Shown here in pieces: positions 1 through 10,201 of a stretch of DNA of 64,000 nt. The position numbers were made by a program, and so were the translations under genes. The notes below the pieces were generated by a model. The model was not told where the DNA came from. It did not search any database and was given only the letters and a program-made list of their open reading frames with translations. Source of the stretch: Dehalococcoidia bacterium (GTDB lineage: Bacteria > Chloroflexota > Dehalococcoidia > UBA6926); NCBI GenBank assembly GCA_034422835.1, contig DAOUJJ010000005.1, forward strand, positions 74,891 through 138,890, given 5' to 3'. The first letter of the stretch is position 1; each line of letters starts with the position of its first letter.

Positions 1-210
1 GACGGATGCGGTGAGGATGGCGGGCTGGGTGTTGATGGTCTGCGTCAGGTCCTCCATGGGGCCCTCAAAGCAGAGCTGGGAGAGTGAGAACCCAAGGGCC
101 TCATCGGCCTCGTCAAAGATGGCCTTTGCGGCGGGAACGGCGTCATAGAGATCCTTGCCCATGCCGACTGCCTGCGCGCCCTGCCCGGGAAAGAGATATG
201 CGACTGTCAT
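1..210 (-). CDS. fabD: malonyl CoA-ACP transacylase, N-terminal fragment (gene runs off window start)
   Basis: Minus-strand translation from ATG (rc of cat 208-210) gives MTVAYLFPGQGAQAVGMGKDLYDAVPAAKAIFDEADEALGFSLSQLCFEGP..., carrying the FPGQG(A/S)Q acyltransferase motif. Not in the ORF track because it is truncated by the window edge. Confidence 0.6.
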   Translation of the reverse strand, partial: MTVAYLFPGQGAQAVGMGKDLYDAVPAAKAIFDEADEALGFSLSQLCFEGPMEDLTQTINTQPAILTASV

Positions 211-324
211 TTTCGGCTACTCCCTCTGTGTCCTTTGTCCTCGCGCTGTGCGCCCTGTGTGTTTCGCTTTCCGGCCTGCCGAGGGCGCTTTGGCAGGCTG
301 CCTCAAATAGTTGCAGACTTTCCG

Positions 325-516
325 CTATTCGGCGGCGCGGCGCGGCGTGGTGACCTGCCTGCCGTTATAGATGCCACAGGACGGGCAGACGCGGTGGGAA
401 ACTCTCCGGTTCCCGCAGTCGGGGCACAGTGACGTGAGGATTGTGGATTTGGCGGTGTGCGCCATGCGTTTGTTCTGGCGCGCCCGCGAGCGTCGCCTCT
501 TTGGAAGAGGTGGCAT
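325..516 (-). CDS. rpmF: 50S ribosomal protein L32
   Basis: 63 aa starting MPPLPKRRRSRARQNKRMAH with a CPDCGNRRVSHRVCPSCG zinc ribbon. It sits directly downstream of yceD, the classical yceD-rpmF pairing. Confidence 0.9.
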   Translation of the reverse strand: MPPLPKRRRSRARQNKRMAHTAKSTILTSLCPDCGNRRVSHRVCPSCGIYNGRQVTTPRRAAE

Positions 517-542
517 GCCGTGATGTTCCTTTCCTTTACGAG

Positions 543-1055
543 TTAATCATCGGATTTGGTCACCCATAGCTCTTGCAGCTTGGCCCACTCACTGCGAGCG
601 GGAACGGGCGGACATTTGCAGGATACCGTATTGCGGTCGACTCCGCACTGCGGACAGAGGCCGAGGCAATCGGTTTTGCAAACGGGGTTCTGCGGCTCAT
701 GGATGATCAGGTACTGGCGAACGGCATCAGCGACATCAAGATGATGCTGCTCGTTGATCTGCAGGTCCTCGAATGAATCACGCTCCGGCATCTTGCGGCC
801 GGTGGCGATATCAATGACGGGGAAGAACTCCTCATCAAAGGAGAATCGAAGTTTGTGAGGGTAGGGCTTGAGGCAGAGGGAGCAGGTCTGCTGGTTCTCC
901 GCGTCGCACGTGGCAGAGACAAGGACCCCGGCGTCCGTGCGCATAAGCTCGGCCTGGCAGTTGACGAGGGCAGTACCAACGTCTTCACCGATGAAGCCAT
1001 AGGATCGGCGCGCGCCGATCGGTTCCTGCATCAGCCCGCTGACGTTAATCAGCAT
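543..1055 (-). CDS. yceD: YceD/DUF177 family protein (large-subunit rRNA accumulation protein)
   Basis: 170 aa with C-terminal CxxC...CxxC (CLGLCPQCG...CKC). Immediately upstream of rpmF as in most bacteria. Confidence 0.8.
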   Translation of the reverse strand: MLINVSGLMQEPIGARRSYGFIGEDVGTALVNCQAELMRTDAGVLVSATCDAENQQTCSLCLKPYPHKLRFSFDEEFFPVIDIATGRKMPERDSFEDLQINEQHHLDVADAVRQYLIIHEPQNPVCKTDCLGLCPQCGVDRNTVSCKCPPVPARSEWAKLQELWVTKSDD

Positions 1056-1062
1056 GGCGAGG

Positions 1063-1479
1063 TTACTCTTCGGGGGCGGGGGTGCCCGTTACTTCGCGGG
1101 TGAAGTCGACGATTTCCTTGAGGCTGGTGCCGGGGCCGAAGATGCCCGCGATCCCCATCTGTGTGAGGGCGTCATAGTCCTCCTTGGGGATGATGCCGCC
1201 GGAGAACACAGGAATATCGAGGCCGTTTTCACGCAGGCCGTTGACGATTGCGGGCAGGAGATCAAGGTGCGCGCCGGAGAGGATGCTGAGGCCGATGGCA
1301 TCCACGTCCTCCTGCACCGCGGCCTGGACGATCATCTCAGGCGTCTGGCGGATGCCGGTGTAGATGACCTCAAAGCCGGCGTCGCGCAGCGCTCGCGCGA
1401 CAACCTTTGCGCCACGGTCGTGGCCGTCAAGGCCGGGCTTGGCGATAAGAACCCGCGCGGGGGCCGTTGCTGTTGTCAT
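1063..1479 (-). CDS. methylmalonyl-CoA mutase, B12-binding small subunit (stand-alone cobalamin-binding domain)
   Basis: 138 aa containing the [32 protein letters not shown] motif, the DxHxxG cobalamin-binding signature of MCM C-terminal domains. Confidence 0.85.
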   Translation of the reverse strand: MTTATAPARVLIAKPGLDGHDRGAKVVARALRDAGFEVIYTGIRQTPEMIVQAAVQEDVDAIGLSILSGAHLDLLPAIVNGLRENGLDIPVFSGGIIPKEDYDALTQMGIAGIFGPGTSLKEIVDFTREVTGTPAPEE

Positions 1480-1526
1480 CGTTACTGCTCCTCTCCCTTG
1501 GGCGGGCGCTGTCTGACGCGCCGCCC

Positions 1527-2414
1527 TTAGTGCGCTGCGCCGTCTGCGGGCTGCGTGCGGTTCATTCCCGCATGTGCCGCGTCGCGCTGCGCTATCAATA
1601 CTAGAGTACCGAGAAAATCAAGGGGGTGGACGGCGCGGAGCACGTTGGTGGGCTCGCCGTCATCGACGATCATACGGACGCCCGCCGCGCGCACGCGCTC
1701 TTCAACGGCCACCGGGTCGTCTGTCTCCAGCACGACGGCGTGCAGTCCCTCACCCATGAGCTTGAGGGCGCGGGCAACGGGGCCGTCTTCACGCAGGTCC
1801 TGAGCGAACTCGACCTCTGCATCTCCGGCGTCCAGCCACGCGGTGTCCATGCCGAACCCCTCGGAGACGGCGCGGCGCTTGAGCGGCATCCTGAACAGGT
1901 GCTGCCAGGTGGCCGACGCAGTGCCAACATCTGCCGTTCGGATGGTGACGTGGTGGAGGCCGATGTCCCGCGACGTGCCGGGCGTGAACAGGGTTGTTTC
2001 CTTGATCTCCACAGGAACGCCGCCGGTGCTGGCAGGGGAGATGATGGTGTTCTTGCCGGTGATGCCCTGTTGGGGAGTATGGACGATGAACTCACCGCCG
2101 CGTTCCTGGATCTCCGCCGTTGCCTGCTCAACGTCATCGACGTGGAAGCTGACGTGGTGCATACCCTCGCCGCGTTCCTCCAGTTGCTTGGCGAGCGGGG
2201 AGTCGTCGGTTGTGGGCTGGAGCAGCAAGAGACGGCCAAGCCGCAAAGGAATGATGGCGGCGCGATAACCCTCGTCATACGCATCCCGCTTGACGGTTGT
2301 GGTCAAGCCGAGAACGTCTTCGAATTTCTGTGCCGCCTCATCGATGTCTCGTACAAGGAGACCGACCTGGTCAAATCGCTGGAGGAGGAGGTCTTGCTGT
2401 TGGTCTGTCATCAT
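1527..2414 (-). CDS. two-domain VOC (glyoxalase/bleomycin-resistance/dioxygenase fold) protein, paralogue of the downstream gene
   Basis: 295 aa with two VOC modules. It shares the [14 protein letters not shown] motif with the adjacent 2433-3236 gene. Located between the two mutase subunits. Confidence 0.7.
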   Translation of the reverse strand: MMTDQQQDLLLQRFDQVGLLVRDIDEAAQKFEDVLGLTTTVKRDAYDEGYRAAIIPLRLGRLLLLQPTTDDSPLAKQLEERGEGMHHVSFHVDDVEQATAEIQERGGEFIVHTPQQGITGKNTIISPASTGGVPVEIKETTLFTPGTSRDIGLHHVTIRTADVGTASATWQHLFRMPLKRRAVSEGFGMDTAWLDAGDAEVEFAQDLREDGPVARALKLMGEGLHAVVLETDDPVAVEERVRAAGVRMIVDDGEPTNVLRAVHPLDFLGTLVLIAQRDAAHAGMNRTQPADGAAH

Positions 2415-2432
2415 GGTTGCCTTTCCGAGCGT

Positions 2433-3236
2433 TTAGGCGCGCTGGTTGATCATGATGAGGGTGCCGAAGAAGTCCTGGGGGTGGACGACGCGGATGACGC
2501 TGTCGCCCTCAGGGTCTTCGATGACACGAAGTCCCTGCGATTTGATGTGCTCGGCCAGGCCGGCGGCGTCGTCTGACTCAAGGACGATGCCAAAGACACC
2601 AGGACCCCGTTCCTCGATGAACTTGGCCAACGGGCCCTCCTCCGAGGTCTGCTGGGCGAATTCGACCTCGGCGTCGCCCGCGTCCAGCCAGCCGGCGATG
2701 ATGCCGGCGTTCTCCCGCTCGGAGTTGCGATTTAGTTTGAGGTCAAAGCTCTTCGACCAGTTTGCGACCGCGGCGTCACGGTCAGGCGTTGCGATGGTGA
2801 TGTGGTGAAGCTTGAGGTCATGGTCGGTGGGGGTGCGGCGCGTGATCTGGGCAACCTCGACAAGGACGCCGTTGGCGGCGCGGGGGTGGATGAAGTCCAC
2901 CTCGCCGACAAAGCCGGTCTCAGGCTCGCCCTGGATGAGTTGGACCTCGCGTTCCTTTAGGGTGGCGATGGCAGCGTGAATGTCCTCCACCTCGAAACAG
3001 ACATGCTGTATGCCCTCGCCACGGCGTGCGATGAACCTGCCGACGGCGCTTTCCGGATCTATGGGCTGCATGACCTCAAAGCGGACGTTTGCGGTGGGGA
3101 GGAGGGCGGCAACGAGGCCGCGCTCTTCGATGACCTCCTGGGCGGCGATCTTCAGGCCGAAGAGATTTTCAAAGGCGTCCGTCGCCTCCTTGAGGTCACG
3201 GACGACGACGCCGATGTGGTCGATTGCTTTGAACAT
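2433..3236 (-). CDS. two-domain VOC protein, candidate methylmalonyl-CoA epimerase
   Basis: The ORF track extends it to 3746, but that extension is Arg/Ser-rich and overlaps the mutase gene in another frame. The true start is ATG at 3234-3236 (MFKAIDHIGVVVRDL...), preceded by an AAGGAGG Shine-Dalgarno (rc of 3251-3257). VOC fold (HIGVVV, HHITIA). Context between the MCM subunits supports an epimerase role. Confidence 0.7.
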   Translation of the reverse strand: MFKAIDHIGVVVRDLKEATDAFENLFGLKIAAQEVIEERGLVAALLPTANVRFEVMQPIDPESAVGRFIARRGEGIQHVCFEVEDIHAAIATLKEREVQLIQGEPETGFVGEVDFIHPRAANGVLVEVAQITRRTPTDHDLKLHHITIATPDRDAAVANWSKSFDLKLNRNSERENAGIIAGWLDAGDAEVEFAQQTSEEGPLAKFIEERGPGVFGIVLESDDAAGLAEHIKSQGLRVIEDPEGDSVIRVVHPQDFFGTLIMINQRA

Positions 3237-3292
3237 CTTTAAGTTTGGCCTCCTTGGTTTTACGGTTCGAGTTCGCGGTGTTTTGCTTCGTT

Positions 3293-3322
3293 CTGGATTC
3301 CCGCTTTCGCGGGAATGACGGG
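3293..3322. repeat. family-A palindromic element, copy 1 (TGGATTCCCGCTTTCGCGGGAATGACGGGTGG)
   Basis: Inverted repeat ATTCCCGC/GCGGGAAT around a TTTC loop, 27 nt 3' of the mutase large-subunit stop. Near-identical copies at 5143, 12321 and 37455. Confidence 0.8.
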
Positions 3323-3348
3323 TGGAAAGCAGGAATGGGCGATGGGTG

Positions 3349-5013
<1,665 letters not shown>

Positions 5014-5142
5014 GGGCTGATCCTCCCATCGGGCGCGTGCAGGTGTCGCGGCCTACGCGCGAATTTGCTCACAACAGGATACAGCGGCGATAGGCGTGTT
5101 GTCAGTTGGGGGCTGCCAAGGCAGCCCTGCGGGCGGCACTGG

Positions 5143-5175
5143 ATTCCCGTGTCAAGCACGGGAATGACGGGCGGG
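5143..5175. repeat. family-A palindromic element, copy 2 (GGATTCCCGTGTCAAGCACGGGAATGACGGGCGG)
   Basis: Stem ATTCCCGTG/CACGGGAAT with loop TCAAG, about 55 nt 3' of the ispG stop. Directly followed by the family-B motif. Confidence 0.75.
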
Positions 5176-5178
5176 GGG

Positions 5179-5203
5179 CCTTCGACAGGCTCAGGGCGAA
5201 CGG
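5179..5203. repeat. family-B motif, copy 1 (CCTTCGACAGGCTCAGGGCGAACGG)
   Basis: A 23-25-nt motif shared with 16244-16267 and 59726-59752 at 21-22 of 23 positions. GCTCAGGG(C/T)G is repeated again at 5211-5220. Confidence 0.65.
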
Positions 5204-5227
5204 GGGAGGCGCTCAGGGTGTGGGGGA

Positions 5228-6394
5228 TTAGGTGGTGGCGGCTTCGGGGTCGAGTTCAATCTGCTCAATCTCTTCCATGAGAGCGGAGACGAACTCGGAC
5301 TCGGGAACGACGCGAACCTTCTGGCCCTTGCGGAAGATGATGCCGCGGCCATTGCCTGCGGCGATCCCCACGTCGGCGTCCTTTGCCTCGCCGGGGCCGT
5401 TCACCTCACAGCCCATGACGGCCACGCGCACCGGCTTGTCCACCTGTTTGAGCGCCTCGTCCACCATCTCGGAGTACTTGATGATGTCAACGTCGGCGCG
5501 CCCGCAGGACGGGCAGGCGATGAGAGTGACGCCCTTGTTGCGCATGTTGAGCGACTTGAGAATCTCCCAACCGGCTTCGACTTCTTTGACAGGGTCTCCG
5601 GCGAGAGAGACGCGGATAGTATCGCCGATGCCCTCATAGAGAAGGTGTCCGAGACCGACGGCGCTGCGGATCGAGCCGCCAAACGGCGTGCCCGCCTCCG
5701 TGATCCCCAGGTGCAGGGGATAGTCAACCTGCTCAGCAACGCGGCGGTAGGCCTCAACGGTCATGGGGACATCGAATCCCTTGACGGAGATCTTGATTTG
5801 GTCGAAGTCCATCTCCTCGAGGATTCCGACCTCCCAAAGCGCAGTCGCCACCATGTGGTCAACGACGGTGTAGTCGCCCTCGCCCTCCTGGCTGGCCTTG
5901 GCGAGCTTGTTGACGCCGTCGGCGAGTCGATGGAAATCACCGGTCTTACCGATGCCGCCGATGGGGGGCAGGGAACCGAAGTTGACACCGATGCGGATGG
6001 GAATCTCGTATTCCTTGGCAAGCGTGACGACTTCCCGCACCTTGTCTGCGTCGCGGATGTTGCCGGGGTTCAGTCGGATGCCGCTGACGCCGCTCTTGAT
6101 CGCCTCAAGCGCGAGCAGGTGGTGGAAGTGGATGTCCGCGATAACGGGGATGGGGGCGCGGCTGCAGATCCATTTGAGGGCTTGTGCGGCGTCCATATTC
6201 GGGACGGCGCAGCGGATGATGTCACATCCGGCGGCGGCAACCTCATAGATCTGGGAGACCGTTGCTTCCACATCACGGGTATCAGTCTTGGTCATCGACT
6301 GCACGGCGACAGGCGCATCGCCGCCCACGGGGACCTTTCCAACATGGATTTGCCGAGAAACACGTCGCTCCGGCATGGTCTTTCTCCTATCCAT
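5228..6394 (-). CDS. ispG: 4-hydroxy-3-methylbut-2-enyl diphosphate synthase (flavodoxin)
   Basis: 388 aa showing [28 protein letters not shown], the hallmark IspG/GcpE N-terminus, and C-terminal CPSCGR cluster cysteines. The true start is possibly the internal MPERR. Confidence 0.9.
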   Translation of the reverse strand: [388 protein letters not shown]

Positions 6395-6470
6395 AAGGCG
6401 ACTCCAAACCTACCTACACGATACCACAGAGAGCCTAAGCGACAGGCTAGTTGAGACGGGTTATCAGAGG

Positions 6471-6890
6471 TTATGAGGTTTCCCAGGGATTGATGACATC
6501 GACACCTAGGCCGGTGAAGTCTCGTACATTGCGTGTGACTATAACCATGTCATTGACGCTTGCCGTTCCTGCGATCAAGGCATCGCCGAGTTCCAGTTCA
6601 CCGCCGCTCCGACGCACTTGCGCCTGGAACACTGCGGCACGTTCTGCTTCCCGTCTCCCAATAGGTGAGATACGCCCCTCATAGTCCTCGAGGAGCAGGT
6701 TTAACCACTCTCTCAACCTTTCGCGCCGGCGGCCTTGCGGCAAGATTTGTACTCCTAATTCCAACTCTTCAACAACGATGGCTGATAGCCACAGATCATC
6801 ATGGTTGCTCAGAAAGTCCAGCACAGTCGGGGCAGGGTCTTCCTTAGTGCGCTCCGAAACGACGTTTGTGTCTAGGAGAAAGCCGGTCAT
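6471..6890 (-). CDS. vapC: type II toxin VapC (PIN-domain ribonuclease)
   Basis: 139 aa carrying the PIN acidic residues (LLDTNVV..., ...GDALIAGTA..., ...IVTRNVRDF). It overlaps the upstream antitoxin by 4 nt. Confidence 0.8.
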   Translation of the reverse strand: MTGFLLDTNVVSERTKEDPAPTVLDFLSNHDDLWLSAIVVEELELGVQILPQGRRRERLREWLNLLLEDYEGRISPIGRREAERAAVFQAQVRRSGGELELGDALIAGTASVNDMVIVTRNVRDFTGLGVDVINPWETS

Positions 6891-7189
6891 TGGGCACTAT
6901 CTTCATCCTCTTCCAAGTCCTGGAAGGGAATCTCTCGATGGGACTCTCGACTGCGGGGCGGGATTTCAAGATTGGTTCCCCTGGGCGTGTTCTCGACCAG
7001 CCACTTTCCCAAGGGCATCCGGGGCTTCGCCTTTTCATCCCACACCGCTGCGGGCACGACAACGAAGGGTTTGCGAGCGCCGATGCGCTGCGGTCCTTCT
7101 TCCTCTGCCAGTCGTAGAATCTCAGATAGCCGCGCTTTCGCCTCAGTAACAGTCCAGATACGCTCAGAACCGGAGTGTTGAATGGCCAT
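6887..7189 (-). CDS. vapB: type II antitoxin, Phd/YefM-like
   Basis: 100 aa with the WTVTEAKARLSEILRLAEEEGPQRIGARKPFVVVP motif, typical of the Phd/YefM antitoxin N-domain. Its stop overlaps the vapC start (ATGA-type coupling). Acidic disordered C-terminus. Confidence 0.65.
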   Translation of the reverse strand: MAIQHSGSERIWTVTEAKARLSEILRLAEEEGPQRIGARKPFVVVPAAVWDEKAKPRMPLGKWLVENTPRGTNLEIPPRSRESHREIPFQDLEEDEDSAQ

Positions 7190-7204
7190 GACGCCTCCTC
7201 GATC

Positions 7205-7245
7205 AGAATACTAGTCTAATATAGACCAGATTATTGAAACTGTGT
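7205..7245 (-). promoter_or_regulatory. AT-rich promoter/operator region upstream of vapB with near-palindrome TAGTCTAATATAGACCA
   Basis: Only strongly AT-rich stretch in the neighbourhood. It lies immediately 5' of the antitoxin start and contains an imperfect dyad, as expected for TA autoregulation. Confidence 0.35.
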
Positions 7246-7302
7246 TGGTTGTAGCAAGGACATCATTGATTTCAGGTCGACGGAGGCTGGCCCACCTCTG
7301 TA

Positions 7303-8370
7303 TTACGGCAGGACGGAGTCTCCTTGCAGGAGGCGGGGAAGGTCTATGCCGACGGTGACGAAGAAGACCAGTGAGAGCAGGAAGACAAAGCCGATGAGGT
7401 GGACGAGGTTCTCACGCTGAGGAGAGAGGCGTCGTCCGCGACGGACCACCTCCAGGATGAGGAATGGGATGCGGCCGCCGTCCAGGGCAGGGATGGGCAG
7501 CAGGTTCAGGATGCCCAGGTTGAGGCTCAGCAGGGCGACGATAATCAGCAGGGAAATCGGCCCCTGCTGCGCCGCCTCCCCCGTCGCCTGCGCGATGCCC
7601 ACCGGCCCCGCAATGCCGGGGTTGCTTGAGGAACCGACGGCGCGTTGAATCTCCGTCGCAGTGCTTGTAACCACGTTGCCCATGAGCACGATGCCGTTCC
7701 ACGGCGCCTGCCAAACGGGGGCGGCACGGCGTTCAAAGACGGGATTGAGAAGGTGAATCGACACGCCCATCGGCCCCTCGCCGGGCAGAGGATTCGCACG
7801 GGGAGCGAGGTAGACGGCAAGCGGGACGCTCCCGCGCTGAACCCGCAACTCCACCTCATCGCCGTCGGCGCGGTTGATGCGGTCGGAGAGCTGCCCCAAT
7901 GTCAGCACGTCCTGGCCATCCACGGCTCGGATCACATCGCCCACTCGCAGGTCGGCCTCGTCCGCCGGGGACCCGGCGACAACTTCTTCAATCACGATTT
8001 CACTGTCAACGAGCCGGTCCACGGGCAGGGAGGCGAGGGCGCTGAAGATGAACCACGCGAGCAGGATGTTCATGGCGGAGCCGGCCACCAACACGATGAA
8101 GCGCGCCCAGACGGGCTTGCCCGCGTAGCCATCGGGCACGGTTGGATCGCTCTCGCCCTCCAGCCGCACAAACCCGCCGACGGGTATCCAGTTCAGGGAA
8201 TAGACGATGCCGTTGCGCCAGATGCCCTTGAGACGGGGCGGAAAGCCGATGCCGAGCTCCCGCACGCGAATGCCGAGCAGGCGCGCCGCCCAGAAATGGC
8301 CGAGTTCATGGATGAGCACGAGGAAGCTCAGGACAACGGCAAAGGCCGCGATGGTAACGAGGATCGACAT
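7303..8370 (-). CDS. rseP: RIP metalloprotease RseP (site-2 protease, M50 family, with PDZ domain)
   Basis: HELGH zinc motif in the first TM, a PDZ-like segment (GSPADEADLRVGDVIRAVDG) and C-terminal TMs. The start was moved to the MSILVT ATG at 8368-8370. The ORF track begins 15 codons upstream at 8415. Confidence 0.85.
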   Translation of the reverse strand: MSILVTIAAFAVVLSFLVLIHELGHFWAARLLGIRVRELGIGFPPRLKGIWRNGIVYSLNWIPVGGFVRLEGESDPTVPDGYAGKPVWARFIVLVAGSAMNILLAWFIFSALASLPVDRLVDSEIVIEEVVAGSPADEADLRVGDVIRAVDGQDVLTLGQLSDRINRADGDEVELRVQRGSVPLAVYLAPRANPLPGEGPMGVSIHLLNPVFERRAAPVWQAPWNGIVLMGNVVTSTATEIQRAVGSSSNPGIAGPVGIAQATGEAAQQGPISLLIIVALLSLNLGILNLLPIPALDGGRIPFLILEVVRRGRRLSPQRENLVHLIGFVFLLSLVFFVTVGIDLPRLLQGDSVLP

Positions 8371-8372
8371 TG

Positions 8373-9485
8373 TCAGCGCGCCTTTGCCGAGTTCCTGACG
8401 TGGTCGCGCGCCCACGCATCGACCGCAAGCAAGTCGTCAAGGGTCGGCTGATTTACAGGAGTGTGGGCGTCAAGCGCGTCGGCAATCAAAGACGGTATGG
8501 AGTTGAAGGGGATGGCGCCTGAGAGGAAGAATTCGACGGCGATCTCGTCGGCGGCGTTGAGAACGGCCGGGTACGTCTTGCCGCTTCGAGCAGCATCGAC
8601 GGCGAGCCAGAAACACGGGAATCGGCCACGATCCAGCGCCTCGAATGTCTGCTCAACCGAGTAGTCCATCTCGCGCCAATCAGCGGGGCGCTCGATGCGT
8701 TCTGGCCAGGCAAGCGCGTATTGGATGGGGAGGCGCATGTCCGGCATGGATAGCTGCGCCTTGAGCGTGCCGTTGGTGAACTCGACCATCGAGTGGACGA
8801 TGCTCTGGCGATGCACCATGACATCGATGCGGTCGTAATCGATGTCGTAGAGCCAGCGCGCCTCTATGACCTCCAGCGCCTTGTTCATCAGGGTGGCGGA
8901 GTCGATGGTGACTTTAGGCCCCATGCGCCACGTTGGATGTGCCAAAGCCTCGTCCGGCGTGACGGATTCAAGTTCCTCTTGGCTGCGGGCAAAGAACGGT
9001 CCCCCGGAGGCGGTCAGGATGAGGCGGCTGACAGAATCCGTCGGCTCTCCGGCCAGGCATTGCCAAAGCGCGTTGTGCTCACTGTCAACGGGGAGGAGCG
9101 CCGCGCCGGTTCTGGCCACCTCGCTCATCACAAGTTCACCGGCCACGACGAGGATTTCCTTGCTCGCAAAGGCAACGGTCTTGCCCGCCTCGATGGCGGC
9201 AAGGGCAGGGACGAGGGCGGCGAGGCCGGGGATGGCGAGGACGACGGCGTCCACATCGGGACTGCGGGCGATATCCGCGAGCTTCTCAGGCGTAGACGCC
9301 TCTCCTGAGGCGGAGAGAGCGGGGGTAAATTCCGCCACCTGCGCGTGAAAGGCGTCGCTGTCATGTCCGGCGGCAAGGCCAACCACGCGGAATCGGTCGG
9401 CATTTCGTCGGACAACATCCAGCGTTTGGGTGCCGATGGAGCCCGTTGATCCAAGGACGGCGATGCGTTTCTGTGCGTCACTCAT
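8373..9485 (-). CDS. dxr: 1-deoxy-D-xylulose 5-phosphate reductoisomerase
   Basis: 370 aa with the KRIAVLGSTGSIGTQTLDVV NADPH-binding N-terminus and conserved dxr-rseP synteny. Confidence 0.9.
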   Translation of the reverse strand: MSDAQKRIAVLGSTGSIGTQTLDVVRRNADRFRVVGLAAGHDSDAFHAQVAEFTPALSASGEASTPEKLADIARSPDVDAVVLAIPGLAALVPALAAIEAGKTVAFASKEILVVAGELVMSEVARTGAALLPVDSEHNALWQCLAGEPTDSVSRLILTASGGPFFARSQEELESVTPDEALAHPTWRMGPKVTIDSATLMNKALEVIEARWLYDIDYDRIDVMVHRQSIVHSMVEFTNGTLKAQLSMPDMRLPIQYALAWPERIERPADWREMDYSVEQTFEALDRGRFPCFWLAVDAARSGKTYPAVLNAADEIAVEFFLSGAIPFNSIPSLIADALDAHTPVNQPTLDDLLAVDAWARDHVRNSAKAR

Positions 9486-9486
9486 G

Positions 9487-10161
9487 TCATTCCATAGTAG
9501 TGACGATGGTCACATAGACAAGGACGGCGGGAAGAATCGGCAGCAGCGAATCAAGCCGGTCAAGGACGCCGCCGTGGCCGGGGAGCAGGTTGCCGGAATC
9601 CTTGACGCCTGCCTTTCGCTTGAGCCGGGACTCGGCCAGGTCCCCCAGCTGACCAAGCGCGGAGAGTACCGCGCCCAGTGGGATAGCCGCGACAAGCGGG
9701 AGAGTTTCCAAATCGATGAACAGAGCAAACCCGGCGCTCACCGCCGCCGCGCCGATGACTCCGCCCACCGCGCCCTCCCACGTCTTGCTCGGGCTGATCG
9801 ACGGGGCGAGTTGGTGGCGGCCAATGAGGCTGCCGACCGCGTAGGCGGCCGTATCGGAGGCGAACGTAATGAGGATGGCGTAGAAGAGCCACGCAAGGCC
9901 GTCGTTCGATTCCCGGAGCACCAAGCCGGACGCGAGGGCAGCGGCCACAATGAGGGATGCCAAGAGCCAGAGGATAAGGCTGAATCGCCGGAGCATGGCG
10001 CGCAGTTCCCAGATCGCGACCAGCGCCGCCGCCCCCGTTACAAGCAGTAGCGGGATGCCGCCCAGCCAGACAGCGGCGGCCAACAGCGGAATACCGACAA
10101 CTGCCGTGGCCAGCCGGAGCGGTAGAGAATCCCTGTTTCCCGCAGCGTCCTCCTGGTTCAT
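9487..10161 (-). CDS. cdsA: phosphatidate cytidylyltransferase
   Basis: Multi-TM protein carrying the SPSKTWEGAVGGVIG CdsA signature. The ORF track extends to 10245, which overlaps uppS. An internal MGMNQ start avoids that overlap. Confidence 0.8.
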   Translation of the reverse strand: MNQEDAAGNRDSLPLRLATAVVGIPLLAAAVWLGGIPLLLVTGAAALVAIWELRAMLRRFSLILWLLASLIVAAALASGLVLRESNDGLAWLFYAILITFASDTAAYAVGSLIGRHQLAPSISPSKTWEGAVGGVIGAAAVSAGFALFIDLETLPLVAAIPLGAVLSALGQLGDLAESRLKRKAGVKDSGNLLPGHGGVLDRLDSLLPILPAVLVYVTIVTTME

Positions 10162-10201
10162 ACCCATAGAGAGATTATGGGGGAGAGGGACGTAGCGCGG
10201 C

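Noticed and set aside
84-432. + strand ORFs of 89 and 65 aa at the window start
   Set aside because: They overlap the minus-strand fabD 5' end and rpmF. The Arg/Pro-rich translation is not credible.
1626-2576. 316-aa + strand ORF, and the nested 1670-2284 and 1843-2268 ORFs
   Set aside because: Antisense or alternative frame to the two VOC genes on the minus strand. Low-complexity Gly/Asp/Val-rich translation.
3293-3322. Family-A hairpins as riboswitches or intrinsic terminators
   Set aside because: They lie 3' of genes, not in 5' leaders, and are far too short (about 30 nt) for an aptamer. No U-tract follows the stem, so they are not classical Rho-independent terminators. A REP-like element is the more parsimonious reading.
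5645-6454. 269-aa + strand ORF
   Set aside because: Antisense to ispG, with an Asp/Gly/Val-rich artefact translation.
7645-8451. 268-aa + strand ORF
   Set aside because: Antisense to rseP and dxr. The 7399-7859 short ORFs in that region are likewise rejected.
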